From Candidatus Micrarchaeota archaeon (lineage in GTDB: Archaea > Micrarchaeota > Micrarchaeia > Norongarragalinales > SBBD01), in the NCBI GenBank assembly GCA_043807785.1, contig JAZDFO010000068.1, forward strand, positions 1 to 44,344: DNA of 44,344 nucleotides. The letters are read 5' to 3'. The notes under the pieces were generated by a model. It ran no database searches, was not told the DNA's origin, and saw only the letters and a list, made by a program, of their open reading frames with translations. The position numbers and the translations under genes were made by a program. Positions 23,889 through 36,211 of the stretch are shown piece by piece. How positions within the stretch are numbered: the stretch's first letter is position 1; every line of letters begins with the position of its first letter.

Positions 23889-24926
23889 ATGCAGTACCTT
23901 GCGCTGGCAGTTTTCCTCGCATTTAGCGCCGCCGCCTCGTATACGGACCTCAAGCGGAGGGAAATCCCGGATTGGCTCAACTACTCGTTTTTGGCCGCCG
24001 GCATCCTTCTATCCGTTTATTACGGCGGTACGGAAGCCTTGCCCGGCACGCTCTTGGCAATCGTCGTTTGGTTTGGCTTTTCCTACGCGGTCTACCGTGC
24101 AGGCGCGTGGGCGGGCGGGGACGTCAAGTTTTTTTCGGCAATGGCGCCTTATGCCGGCCTGTTCGGCCTTGGCTGGCTGGATTGCCTGGCGGTGTTCTTC
24201 GCTTCCGTGATTTTGCTGCTGCCGGTGTTGGGCCTGGTTTATTGGAGGGAGGTGTGGGCGCTGCGCCGTGAATTCCTCGCAATCGCCAAAAGCGCGCTGT
24301 TCCCCTCGTTTGCCGGCGCAGTCGGCTCGTATGCCGTAGTGTCAATCTTTGGCTTGGCCTGGTCGCTTTCGCCGGGAAACTGGGTTGTCTCGGCCGGGCT
24401 GGTTTTGCTTTTCCTCCTCGTGCGGCTTCCTATGCTGCTTTCCGCCGCCGCATTCGCGCTTTGCGCGGCGTTTTTCGGGTTAAATCCGGGCCTGCTGGCT
24501 TTCCTGTTCGCCGTCTCGTTTGCGTTCTCGCTTTTGCCGCGCTCTTTTTCCATCCTTTCCTCCAAAGTGCTCCGCTACGACGCCAAGGTCGGCGGCCTTT
24601 CGGAGGGCGACGTGCCTGCCAGGACTCTCATCCTAAAATCCGGCAAGGTCGTGGCAGTTGACCCGCTGGATTTCAAGTCCGCGCTTCCTAAAGCCGTCGC
24701 AGCTCTCAAGGCGGGCAAGGGCATCGTTGCCGTGGCCAAGGGCTTGTTTTCCGGTGGTCCGCTGCGCGGCCGCGTGCTTGCAGACGCAATGTCGGCCGGC
24801 GGGCTTTCCAAGGCGCAGATAGCAGAGTTAAAAAGGGCGCAAGTGAAATGGGTTTGTGTAAAGCGCACGCTTGCCTTTGCGCCGGTGCTGGCTGCTGGGT
24901 TTCTCGCGTGCGCGGGGTTTTTGTAA
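23889..24926 (+). CDS. A24-family prepilin/preflagellin peptidase (PibD/FlaK/EppA-like)
   Basis: 345 aa, polytopic. The two catalytic-Asp contexts are ASYTDLKRREIPD and AWAGGDVKFF. Confidence 0.85.
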   Translation: MQYLALAVFLAFSAAASYTDLKRREIPDWLNYSFLAAGILLSVYYGGTEALPGTLLAIVVWFGFSYAVYRAGAWAGGDVKFFSAMAPYAGLFGLGWLDCLAVFFASVILLLPVLGLVYWREVWALRREFLAIAKSALFPSFAGAVGSYAVVSIFGLAWSLSPGNWVVSAGLVLLFLLVRLPMLLSAAAFALCAAFFGLNPGLLAFLFAVSFAFSLLPRSFSILSSKVLRYDAKVGGLSEGDVPARTLILKSGKVVAVDPLDFKSALPKAVAALKAGKGIVAVAKGLFSGGPLRGRVLADAMSAGGLSKAQIAELKRAQVKWVCVKRTLAFAPVLAAGFLACAGFL

Positions 24927-25357
24927 TGGCTCGCGGGCAAATGAGCATCGAGTTTTTCATTATAGCGGGCTTCATCCTCCTGGCTTCGAGCATCCTCATC
25001 GCGAATGCCGACACCCAGATTCAGGAGACTTCCGCGCTCAACAACATCGTGGCAGGCCGCAACGCGATGGATCTTTTGTCGACCAGCTGCATGTACGTCT
25101 ACCTGCAAGGCAACAATTCGGCAGTCACCAACTACATGTTCATTCCCTCCAACACTTCGTGCTTCAACTTCAACACCACTTTCTCGAAGTTCTACTGCGT
25201 CACCCTCGGCGTCACGGGCCTCGTATTCAGCGACGCTCTTCCCTTCAACGCCTCGGCACAGGACACTGGCTGCTCGGCGTTCAACGCGACCGGCTGGCTG
25301 CGCGTTTCGGCCTACAACAGCGGCGGAAACATCATCTACTCGTGCAGGCGTGTTTAG
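24926..25357 (+). CDS. Pilin-like protein (class III signal peptide)
   Basis: Track ORF 24848..25357. The ATG at 24926 overlaps the peptidase stop (TAATG). Sequence MARGQMSIEFFIIAGFILLASSILI. Confidence 0.6.
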   Translation: MARGQMSIEFFIIAGFILLASSILIANADTQIQETSALNNIVAGRNAMDLLSTSCMYVYLQGNNSAVTNYMFIPSNTSCFNFNTTFSKFYCVTLGVTGLVFSDALPFNASAQDTGCSAFNATGWLRVSAYNSGGNIIYSCRRV

Positions 25358-25359
25358 CC

Positions 25360-25737
25360 ATGCGGGGACAAGTCGGGCCGGAATACATTTTCCTCCTCTC
25401 GCTGGTGTTCATAGTCGCCGCGACGTCCATCCTGCAGTCGTTTAAGGACGTGGAAATCAACCTCGCGCTTTCCTCCGCGCGGCTTGCGTGCACGGAAATG
25501 GCTTCCCGCAATTCGTCGCTGGAGTGCTTCGTATTGGGCTATTCCATCGGCAGCGCGCCGCCGCAGGTGAACATCACGCCCCAGCTGGCCTCGTACTATT
25601 CCGCAGCCAACAAGACCGAGCTAAAAAACCTCATTCTCACGAACATGAACCGCATCTTCCGGCCCGAAGCGGCGACCGACACGAGCGTCAACTGGACCTG
25701 GGCGGCGTACTACAATTACAGCATCAACATCCAATAG
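25360..25737 (+). CDS. Pilin-like protein (class III signal peptide)
   Basis: Track ORF 24871..25737. The ATG at 25360 gives MRGQVGPEYIFLLSLVFIVAATSIL. Confidence 0.55.
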   Translation: MRGQVGPEYIFLLSLVFIVAATSILQSFKDVEINLALSSARLACTEMASRNSSLECFVLGYSIGSAPPQVNITPQLASYYSAANKTELKNLILTNMNRIFRPEAATDTSVNWTWAAYYNYSINIQ

Positions 25738-25889
25738 CCCGCTTGCATTGGCACTGCCTCTCTCACGCCCTTGGCCCGGCATCCCGGTTGCCTTCCCGTG
25801 CCTGCCGCCCCCTCCCCCGCCCGATGCGGTTTCCACCCGTTGGGCAATAGGCATTAAAACCGTCTTGGCCAGATTACTGCCTGTTGCAC

Positions 25890-27194
25890 ATGCTATTCGC
25901 CGACCTGCACTTGCATTCTAAATATTCGCGCGCAGTCAGCCCGAGCATGGACCTAGAGCACCTAGCTGCCGGCGCACAGAAAAAAGGCCTCGGCCTATTG
26001 GGCACCGGCGACTTTACCCATCCTTTGTGGTTTGCCGAGCTAAAATCCAAGCTTGAAGAGGCCGACGCCGGCAGCGGCATTTACCGCCTCAAGGGCGGCA
26101 ACCCGGCAGTGCGCTTCGTCCTGCAGGCGGAAATCAGCACGATAATCTCGGACGGCACCAAAGTCCGCAAAGTCCACCACATAGTGTTCGCGCCTTCCCT
26201 CGAATCCGCGGCATCATTAAACAGCCTGTTGGCCAAAAAAGGCAACCTTAGCGCCGACGGCAGGCCGACTTTCGGCAGCACTTCCCCCGCTGCACTCGTG
26301 GAGATATGCCGGCAGGCCGATTCGCGCATTGAAGTCGTGCCCGCGCACGCCTGGACGCCGTATTTCTCCGTCTTCGGCAGCATTTCTGGTTACGATTCCA
26401 TCGAAGAGGCTTACGCGGACCAGGCGCGCTACATCAAGGCGTATGAGACGGGCATGAGCAGTAACCCTGCGATGAACTGGCGCGTAAGCAGGCTCGACAA
26501 ATACGCGCAAATCAGCAACTCCGACTCGCATTCGCCGTACCCCTACCGCATCGGCCGCGAGTGCAACGCGTTTCACTTCGGCGCCAGGGAGCCCACTTAC
26601 GAAGGCCTGTTCGACGCCATGTACTCGCATGACGGGAGCAAGTTCGCGTTCACCATCGAAGTCGACCCCAACTACGGCAAGTACCACTACGACGGCCACC
26701 GCAACTGCAAGTTTTCCTGCCCGCCGGGCCAGACGCGCAGGCTCGCCGGTATGTGCCCGGTGTGCGGCCGGCCGCTTACCATCGGCGTGCTCTACCGCGT
26801 CGAAGCGCTCGCAGACCGTCCCGAGGGTGTCAAGCCAGTTGGCGCGATTCCCTTCAAGACGCTTCTGCCGCTGCAGGAACTCGTAGCCGCCGCAATCGGT
26901 TCGCCGCTTGCCTCCAAGAAGTCCTTCGAGCAGACCGAGAGGCTTACCGCGCGCTTTGGAACCGAGTTCGCCGTCCTCCTCGACGCCACGCACGAATCCC
27001 TGCAGTCCGCGGCGGGCCCTGAACTTGCCGCCGTGATTATCGCAAACCGCGAAGGGAAGCTCACGGTGCGCCCCGGCTTTGACGGCGAATACGGCGTGCT
27101 CGAGCTAGGCGGCGGGACGCCGAAGGAGGGTTTGCCGGGCAAGCGCTCTACTGGTTCTGCCGTGGCCGCTCAAAAGGGTCTCTCTGACTTTTAA
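25890..27194 (+). CDS. EndoQ-like PHP-domain endonuclease with C-terminal zinc finger
   Basis: MLFADLHLHSKYSRAVSPSMDLEHLAAGAQKKGLGLLGTGDFTHP, then CKFSCPPGQTRRLAGMCPVCGRPLTIGVLYRV. The track start TTG at 25884 is 2 codons upstream. Confidence 0.8.
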   Translation: MLFADLHLHSKYSRAVSPSMDLEHLAAGAQKKGLGLLGTGDFTHPLWFAELKSKLEEADAGSGIYRLKGGNPAVRFVLQAEISTIISDGTKVRKVHHIVFAPSLESAASLNSLLAKKGNLSADGRPTFGSTSPAALVEICRQADSRIEVVPAHAWTPYFSVFGSISGYDSIEEAYADQARYIKAYETGMSSNPAMNWRVSRLDKYAQISNSDSHSPYPYRIGRECNAFHFGAREPTYEGLFDAMYSHDGSKFAFTIEVDPNYGKYHYDGHRNCKFSCPPGQTRRLAGMCPVCGRPLTIGVLYRVEALADRPEGVKPVGAIPFKTLLPLQELVAAAIGSPLASKKSFEQTERLTARFGTEFAVLLDATHESLQSAAGPELAAVIIANREGKLTVRPGFDGEYGVLELGGGTPKEGLPGKRSTGSAVAAQKGLSDF

Positions 27195-27205
27195 CAAGCC
27201 GCAGG

Positions 27206-27937
27206 TCAGTTCGTGCCGCTGTCCGCCGCTTCGAATTCCTTGTAGTTGTTGGCGTCGAACTCGTAGGACTTCTTGAGGAACTTCGCGCCCCCGAACGAAA
27301 AGCCTTTGAGCACTTCTTCTTGTTCGCCGCAGTAAGTCGTCAGCTGGCTTTCGCGCTGGCTTGCGTCAAGCAAGTATGCCCTCCCGGAATATTCCAGGAC
27401 GGTGACGGGGTGAATCGTGTTGTTCTCCAATTCCAGGACGAGCACTTTTGCCTGCGCGCCGAGCGCTTGGAGCAGGCTGCACAACAGCAGTGCCTTGTCG
27501 AACACGTCTGCTGCGCCAACTTCGAGGATTTCCTTCTGCGAGAGCCAGAACGACACCGACACCTCGGAGTGCACTTGCCGGATGCCGCGCACGATGGCGA
27601 ACGCCGGCCCGGCGGCGAACAAAAAGTCCTTTTCGTAGTCGTAGCGCCAGCCTTCGGGAAGCGTGCCGGAGGCCTTCTTGTTGGCTGCCGTCTGCTCGAG
27701 CGCCTGCGCCTTGAGCTGTTGCACTGTCTCGGTGTTCTTGTCCACGAGCGCCTTGAGTTCGGGCACAGTCTTTTCCTCGTTCTCGTTGACCAGCGCAGCG
27801 TACCTCGAGATTATCCTGCGGTAGTACGCCGCCTGGGTTTCGAGCTTCTCCAATGCATCGGTTTGCTCGTGCTGCGCCGCCGCACCCTCCGCGGGCTTTT
27901 CCTCCTTCTTCCTGCCGAACAGCTCATCCAGGCCCAT
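27206..27937 (-). CDS. Hypothetical protein (N-terminal coiled-coil, globular C-terminal domain)
   Basis: 243-aa ORF with plausible composition. The palindromic CTATTAATAG box lies about 27 nt upstream. No family recognised with confidence. Confidence 0.5.
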   Translation of the reverse strand: MGLDELFGRKKEEKPAEGAAAQHEQTDALEKLETQAAYYRRIISRYAALVNENEEKTVPELKALVDKNTETVQQLKAQALEQTAANKKASGTLPEGWRYDYEKDFLFAAGPAFAIVRGIRQVHSEVSVSFWLSQKEILEVGAADVFDKALLLCSLLQALGAQAKVLVLELENNTIHPVTVLEYSGRAYLLDASQRESQLTTYCGEQEEVLKGFSFGGAKFLKKSYEFDANNYKEFEAADSGTN

Positions 27938-28174
27938 GCTTAAAAATCTGGTTTTAGCTCTATTAATAGCTTTGGATTTGCTGCGCCCAAGCGCCCGTTA
28001 CCGCATCACGGGGAAGCGTAGCAGCCGGATGGCGTGCAGTTGGAAACATTGGTCGCATTCAACAGCGCGCCCGTGTGGTTTTGCACGGTTAATTCTCCCG
28101 GGTTTGCATGCACGCCTTAAAGCCGCCGGTTTTTTAAGCTAACAGCGCCTGCTTTTTCCAAGGGGGGAATTTGA

Positions 28175-29236
28175 GTGGCATTTGACGAGTTCCTGCAATC
28201 AAACCGCAAGGCAGTCGGCCGCGCCATGGAAAAACGGCTCGAGCGCAAGCTAAGCCGGGAGGGTTTCCTCTCCTGCTGCGGAGCACAGCAGTACGGTGTT
28301 GACAGCCTGCAAAGCGCCCAGGAGTCCGTCAATGCGCCCATCTGGGACCTTCTTGACCGCGGCGGAAAGCGCTGGAGGCCCGCGCTTCTCCTGCTGACCG
28401 CACAGGCATTCGGCGCGGACCCTTTCAAGCTCTTGGACCTTTCAACCATTCCAGAAATAGTTCACAACGGTACACTTATGGTGGACGATGTCGAAGACGA
28501 CAGCGAACTGCGCCGCGGCAAGCCGTGCATCCACAAGTCTTACGGCGTGGATGTCGCGGTCAACGCCGGCAGCGCAATGTACTTCCTGCCATTGACCGCC
28601 CTTGACGGCCTTGCCGGCAAATACCCTGACAAGACGCTCCTTCAAGCCTACCGGATTTACGCTGAAGAACTGCGCGCGGTGTCTTACGGCCAGGGCATCG
28701 ACATTTGGTGGCACAAGGGCAACGGCGGAGAAGTCAGCGAAGGGCAGTACCTGCAGATGGTAGCCCTCAAGACCGGCGCGCTTGCCCGCATGGCGGCAAG
28801 GCTCGGCGCGCTCTTTGCAGGCGCATCTGAAAAGGACATGCGTCTTGCCGGCGAGTTTGCCGAAGCCATTGGAGTCGCCTTCCAGGTACAAGACGACGTG
28901 CTCAACCTCACCGCGGGCAGCGAATACGGCAAGGAAATCGGCGGCGACATCAGCGAAGGCAAGCGCACGCTCATCACCGCGCACGCGCTAAGCCACGCAA
29001 CGCCAGCAGACCGCAAAAAGCTTCTCGCCATCCTTGACGCCAAGACAAAAGATGCCGCCAAAATCCGCCAGGCAACCGCAATTTTGGAGTCCGCCGGGTC
29101 AATCGGCTACGCCAAGGCGCGCTCGCGCGAAATCGTGAAATCCGCTTGGCGCAGGTTCTCCAGCGTGCTGCCGGCAAGCAAGGCAAAAACCCTTCTTTCC
29201 CAGCTGGCCGACTACCTCGTCGAGCGCGAGATTTGA
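28175..29236 (+). CDS. idsA: Polyprenyl (geranylgeranyl) diphosphate synthase
   Basis: First Asp-rich motif LMVDDVEDDSELRRGKP and second FQVQDDVLN. GTG start preceded by GGGGGG with a 7-nt spacer. Confidence 0.9.
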   Translation: MAFDEFLQSNRKAVGRAMEKRLERKLSREGFLSCCGAQQYGVDSLQSAQESVNAPIWDLLDRGGKRWRPALLLLTAQAFGADPFKLLDLSTIPEIVHNGTLMVDDVEDDSELRRGKPCIHKSYGVDVAVNAGSAMYFLPLTALDGLAGKYPDKTLLQAYRIYAEELRAVSYGQGIDIWWHKGNGGEVSEGQYLQMVALKTGALARMAARLGALFAGASEKDMRLAGEFAEAIGVAFQVQDDVLNLTAGSEYGKEIGGDISEGKRTLITAHALSHATPADRKKLLAILDAKTKDAAKIRQATAILESAGSIGYAKARSREIVKSAWRRFSSVLPASKAKTLLSQLADYLVEREI

Positions 29237-29256
29237 ATTGGTCACAAGCCAACATT

Positions 29257-29640
29257 TCACTTCGGAGGAACGAAAACTTCCAGTTTCCTTACCTTGTCGA
29301 AGTCCTTGTCCGCCGTTGCCATTCGGTAGTTGTTGCGCAGGCAAATCGCCGCGTGCAGGGAATCGTACAACTGAAGGCCGCAAGACTCAAGGGCGAACGC
29401 ATCGAGTACGTCCTGCGCGCTCCCTGGCAGGATTGTGATGCCGGATTTCAACGCGATTTTTTCAATGTATTGCGCGGCTAGATCCTTTAAGACGCCCTTT
29501 CTGACAAGCGAAAAACGCAGTTCGAGGAGGGCAAATACTGACGTGCACGCGCCTCGTCCTTGCACTGCGCCCGCAATGTATTTTGAATATTCGCCGTAAA
29601 CGCTCCAGTCCCATAGGATGCACGAATCAATGTAGTCCAT
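29257..29640 (-). CDS. vapC: PIN-domain ribonuclease toxin VapC
   Basis: Track ORF runs to 29706. The ATG at 29640 gives MDYIDSCIL. Conserved acidic positions lie in YIDS, LLELRF, LYDSLHAA and ATADKDF. Confidence 0.8.
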   Translation of the reverse strand: MDYIDSCILWDWSVYGEYSKYIAGAVQGRGACTSVFALLELRFSLVRKGVLKDLAAQYIEKIALKSGITILPGSAQDVLDAFALESCGLQLYDSLHAAICLRNNYRMATADKDFDKVRKLEVFVPPK

Positions 29641-29650
29641 GGAGAACCCC

Positions 29651-29908
29651 TCACTTGAATTTCCTTGCAGCTTCCTCGAGCATGGCTTTTTCAACTTCGT
29701 CGTCAAACTCCTGCGCGCTCATCCGTCCAATCTTGTGCTTCTTTCCGATGAACCCCGCGTATTTGATCCAGAAGTTGTTTTCCGCCGGGCTGCGCAGGAC
29801 TACTGCCGAGTCCTTGGTTTCAGCATGCAGCCGGCCGTGCAGCCCAAGCTCCCTGCGCCAAGCAACCGGGATGAGCACCCTCCCCTTGCTGTCCATTTCC
29901 AGGTACAT
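29651..29908 (-). CDS. vapB: AbrB/SpoVT-family antitoxin VapB
   Basis: MYLEMDSKGRVLIPVAWRRELGL. Upstream there are three GTGGGA(A) repeats and AAGGTGGGA. Confidence 0.8.
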   Translation of the reverse strand: MYLEMDSKGRVLIPVAWRRELGLHGRLHAETKDSAVVLRSPAENNFWIKYAGFIGKKHKIGRMSAQEFDDEVEKAMLEEAARKFK

Positions 29909-30064
29909 TTTCCCACCTTTTCATATTTCCCACTTCCCACTTTTTAAGCCTTCCGCAGCCTCGTTTCCGCTGCCTGCATTCATCCAGCCGGCTGCCTTGA
30001 AATAAAAACAACGCTTTAAAAGCCGTCGCGCCGGAAATCCTTGCACTGCTTGCACAATTCCTAG

Positions 30065-33658
<3,594 letters not shown>

Positions 33659-33693
33659 AGCCAAATTCGCATCTGAATGCGCTTGGACTCCCG

Positions 33694-34524
33694 CTATATG
33701 GTATAGCGATTCCTTGGCGGGATTTTGGCCCCGCGCGCGGTCATCTCGTAGAGTACGCGCAGGCTTTCGTAGCTGCCTTTGCGGTTTTGCGGCTGCTGTG
33801 GCTTAACCATCCGGTATTCGAAGCCCGTGCCAAGCGCTTCCTTGAGCCTTTTTACCAAAAACGAGCCGGCGCCGAATTTTTCCGCAAGGTTTTCCCCGGC
33901 CTGCCTCCAGCGTTCCTCTTGGCTTTCGATGCCTTGCACGCCAGTAACCGAAACCACTTTCCTGCCGCCATCGACGTGGAAATTGAACGCAATCCTGCCG
34001 ATGGGAGCCTTTCCGCGATACAGCCGCAGCTGCCAGAGCGCTTCCGGGCAGGCAGGCCAGCCGATTTCGTCCTTGCCATGATCGTATCGGTTGGTGCGGA
34101 CAAGCTCAATCCGATATCCCTTGCCGGGTTGTGCCAGCGCGTCGAACTTTGGCGCCTCCTTGCTGCCCACGTCCAGGTTGACAACTGCGCGCGCTAGCTG
34201 GCGAAGCGCTTCGAGGGAACGGTACTCCCCGAACCCGTGCCTCACGCTGAAATACTTTGAAAGGTAGTGCGCGCGCAAAGCGCTCTCATAATGCCTGCCA
34301 TTGTGTTCTTCGCGCAATGGGCGCAGAATGCCTTCTTCGCGCAGGCGCAGGTGCTGGTACACCAGCCTCCAGCGCGGGTCGCTTTCATGCAGTATCGTGT
34401 GGAAAACGCGCAGGCTTTCCCCGTGCAGGTCAGGCAGTTTCGCACCCTTTGGCGGCTCGCGGTCGATGCCCTCGTGCGTGAGGATCCGGTCGAGCGGGTT
34501 GCGGAATCGGGTGTATCCTTTCAT
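33694..34524 (-). CDS. Hypothetical protein, no recognisable family
   Basis: 276-aa ORF with balanced composition, convergent with cdc48. Confidence 0.5.
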   Translation of the reverse strand: MKGYTRFRNPLDRILTHEGIDREPPKGAKLPDLHGESLRVFHTILHESDPRWRLVYQHLRLREEGILRPLREEHNGRHYESALRAHYLSKYFSVRHGFGEYRSLEALRQLARAVVNLDVGSKEAPKFDALAQPGKGYRIELVRTNRYDHGKDEIGWPACPEALWQLRLYRGKAPIGRIAFNFHVDGGRKVVSVTGVQGIESQEERWRQAGENLAEKFGAGSFLVKRLKEALGTGFEYRMVKPQQPQNRKGSYESLRVLYEMTARGAKIPPRNRYTI

Positions 34525-34534
34525 TCTCTTTTGC

Positions 34535-35125
34535 CTATTGTTTTACGAGTTCCTGCAGCCTTCGGGCGACTTTTTTCGACACTTTATCGTAGAGCGAGTT
34601 TCCTGACGCGTCCATCGTCACTATCAGCGGCCCGAGCTTGTCGGCCTGAAGCGTCCACATCGCCTCCGGCATGCCTAGGTCGAGCCATTTGACGCCCAAG
34701 ACCTTCAATTGCATTGCCGAAATTACTCCGCTGCCGCCGACTGCGGACAAGTAAACGCATTTTCCCTTCATCGCCTTCAGCACTTTGTCGTCCATCCCCC
34801 CCTTGCCGATGATTGCAGTAATCCCAAAGTCGTTTATCATCCGTGGCATCAGCGGGTTCAAGCGGCTTGAAGTAGTTGGGCCGGCGGAAACCAGCTCCCA
34901 TTTTCCATACCCGATCTTCCTCGCCAGCGGCCCGCAGTTGTAGACCGCCGCGCCCCGCAAGTCAGGCAAGTCCTTGCCGTGGCCGCCGTCGAGAATCCTC
35001 CTTATTGCCTGGTCGCGCATTGAGTAAATCGTTCCAGAGACCGTCGCAGCATCTCCGACTTTGAGCGCCAGCACGTCTGCCGTCTTGAGCGGAGTCTTGA
35101 GGTCAAAGGATTTCAATTTCGTCAC
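34535..35125 (-). CDS. Class I (Fe-S) fumarate hydratase / tartrate dehydratase, beta subunit
   Basis: 196 aa. GPTTSSRLNPLMPRMI, AIIGKGGM. Overlaps the alpha subunit gene by 23 nt. Confidence 0.85.
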   Translation of the reverse strand: MTKLKSFDLKTPLKTADVLALKVGDAATVSGTIYSMRDQAIRRILDGGHGKDLPDLRGAAVYNCGPLARKIGYGKWELVSAGPTTSSRLNPLMPRMINDFGITAIIGKGGMDDKVLKAMKGKCVYLSAVGGSGVISAMQLKVLGVKWLDLGMPEAMWTLQADKLGPLIVTMDASGNSLYDKVSKKVARRLQELVKQ

Positions 35126-35972
35126 CGCAGATTTTCACGGTTGCCTTGCGCTGCGCCCAGCATTGCATGTTGAGCGCCACCGGCAGGCTGGCGGTGTGAG
35201 TCGGCGCCATGTTAATCTTGACCGCCAGCGCGGTTGTATTGCCTCCCAAGCCCATCGTGCCGAGTTCGAGCGCGTTGATTGCCGCAAGTAGTTCAGCCTC
35301 CAGTTCGGCGAGCCGCTTGTCCTTGTTGTGCTCGTCGAGGGGCGAAAGGAACGCCTTTTTCGCCAGTTCCGCGGCCTGTTCGGAAGTGCCGCCGATGCCG
35401 ATTCCTATGGTGAGAGGCGGGCAGGCGTTCTTGCCCTTCTGTGCGACGGTCCGCAGGATGAATTTCTTGGCGCCGTCAATGCCGTCTGCGGGTGTAAGCA
35501 TGGCAAGCGCGCTCATGTTCTCGCACCCCGCGCCCTTTGGGATGACGGAAATTTCGACGCAGCCCTTGCCAACGTCAGCCACTTCATAGTTGATGATTGG
35601 CTCATTCCCTAAATTCTTTCGCGAAATCGGATCCACTGAATTCGGGCGCAGCGGCACGCTCTCGGTTGCCTTTCTCACGCCGTCGCGGACTCCATCGGCG
35701 ACTTCCTTGCCCAGCCGTTCCCCTCGCACGTAGAAAGTCAGGGTCCCGGTGTCCTGGCACATGGGCGCCTTCTTCTTGGCCGCCAAGCCGATGTTTTTGA
35801 GAATCAGCGCAAGCTGTGCTTTGGCGACCTTGTCGGTCTCGCCGTCGTGGGCTTTTTCCAGCGCGCGCACGGCGTCCTTGGGAAGCTCGCAGACGGCCTT
35901 GCCGAGCATTTCCTGCACTGCCTTGGCGACCGTCGCCGCGCTCGGGCCGCTTTCGCTGTTCCCGGCTTTCAT
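35103..35972 (-). CDS. Class I (Fe-S) fumarate hydratase / tartrate dehydratase, alpha subunit
   Basis: 289 aa. PMCQDTGTLTFYV, GIGIGGTSE. Confidence 0.85.
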   Translation of the reverse strand: MKAGNSESGPSAATVAKAVQEMLGKAVCELPKDAVRALEKAHDGETDKVAKAQLALILKNIGLAAKKKAPMCQDTGTLTFYVRGERLGKEVADGVRDGVRKATESVPLRPNSVDPISRKNLGNEPIINYEVADVGKGCVEISVIPKGAGCENMSALAMLTPADGIDGAKKFILRTVAQKGKNACPPLTIGIGIGGTSEQAAELAKKAFLSPLDEHNKDKRLAELEAELLAAINALELGTMGLGGNTTALAVKINMAPTHTASLPVALNMQCWAQRKATVKICGDEIEIL

Positions 35973-36084
35973 GCATTGGTTGCGGCGCTTTGGTTATTTA
36001 TTCGTATTCATTGAGGGCCAACTGTTTTGGCCACGGGAAAGCGGTTTAATTTCCTTCCCTGCATGGATATTCCCGGGAATCGTC

Positions 36085-36180
36085 ATGAAGCTGGAAGTCG
36101 TGGTGTTCGAGACGAGCATGGGAAACATCCATGTCGAGCTGCGCCGAAAGCGCGCACCGCTCACTGTAGAGAATTTCTTA
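36085..36180 (+). pseudogene. N-terminal 32-codon fragment of a cyclophilin-type peptidyl-prolyl isomerase
   Basis: MKLEVVVFETSMGNIHVELRRKRAPLTVENFL matches cyclophilin N-termini (aP.Tv.NF). Similarity is lost after 36180, and the frame runs into the 3' end of the convergent helicase gene. Confidence 0.6.
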
Positions 36181-36211
36181 GATGGGGCTCAAACTGGCAG
36201 GCAAAAACCCT

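Noticed and set aside
26217-26993. 258-aa minus-strand ORF
   Set aside because: It is antisense to the EndoQ-like gene, is Arg/Gly/Ala-rich and has no motif.
27206-27937. Transglutaminase-like cysteine protease assignment
   Set aside because: The segment ADVFDKALLLCSLLQALGAQAKVLV superficially resembles the transglutaminase core. I could not place the Cys-His-Asp triad convincingly, so the gene is left as hypothetical.
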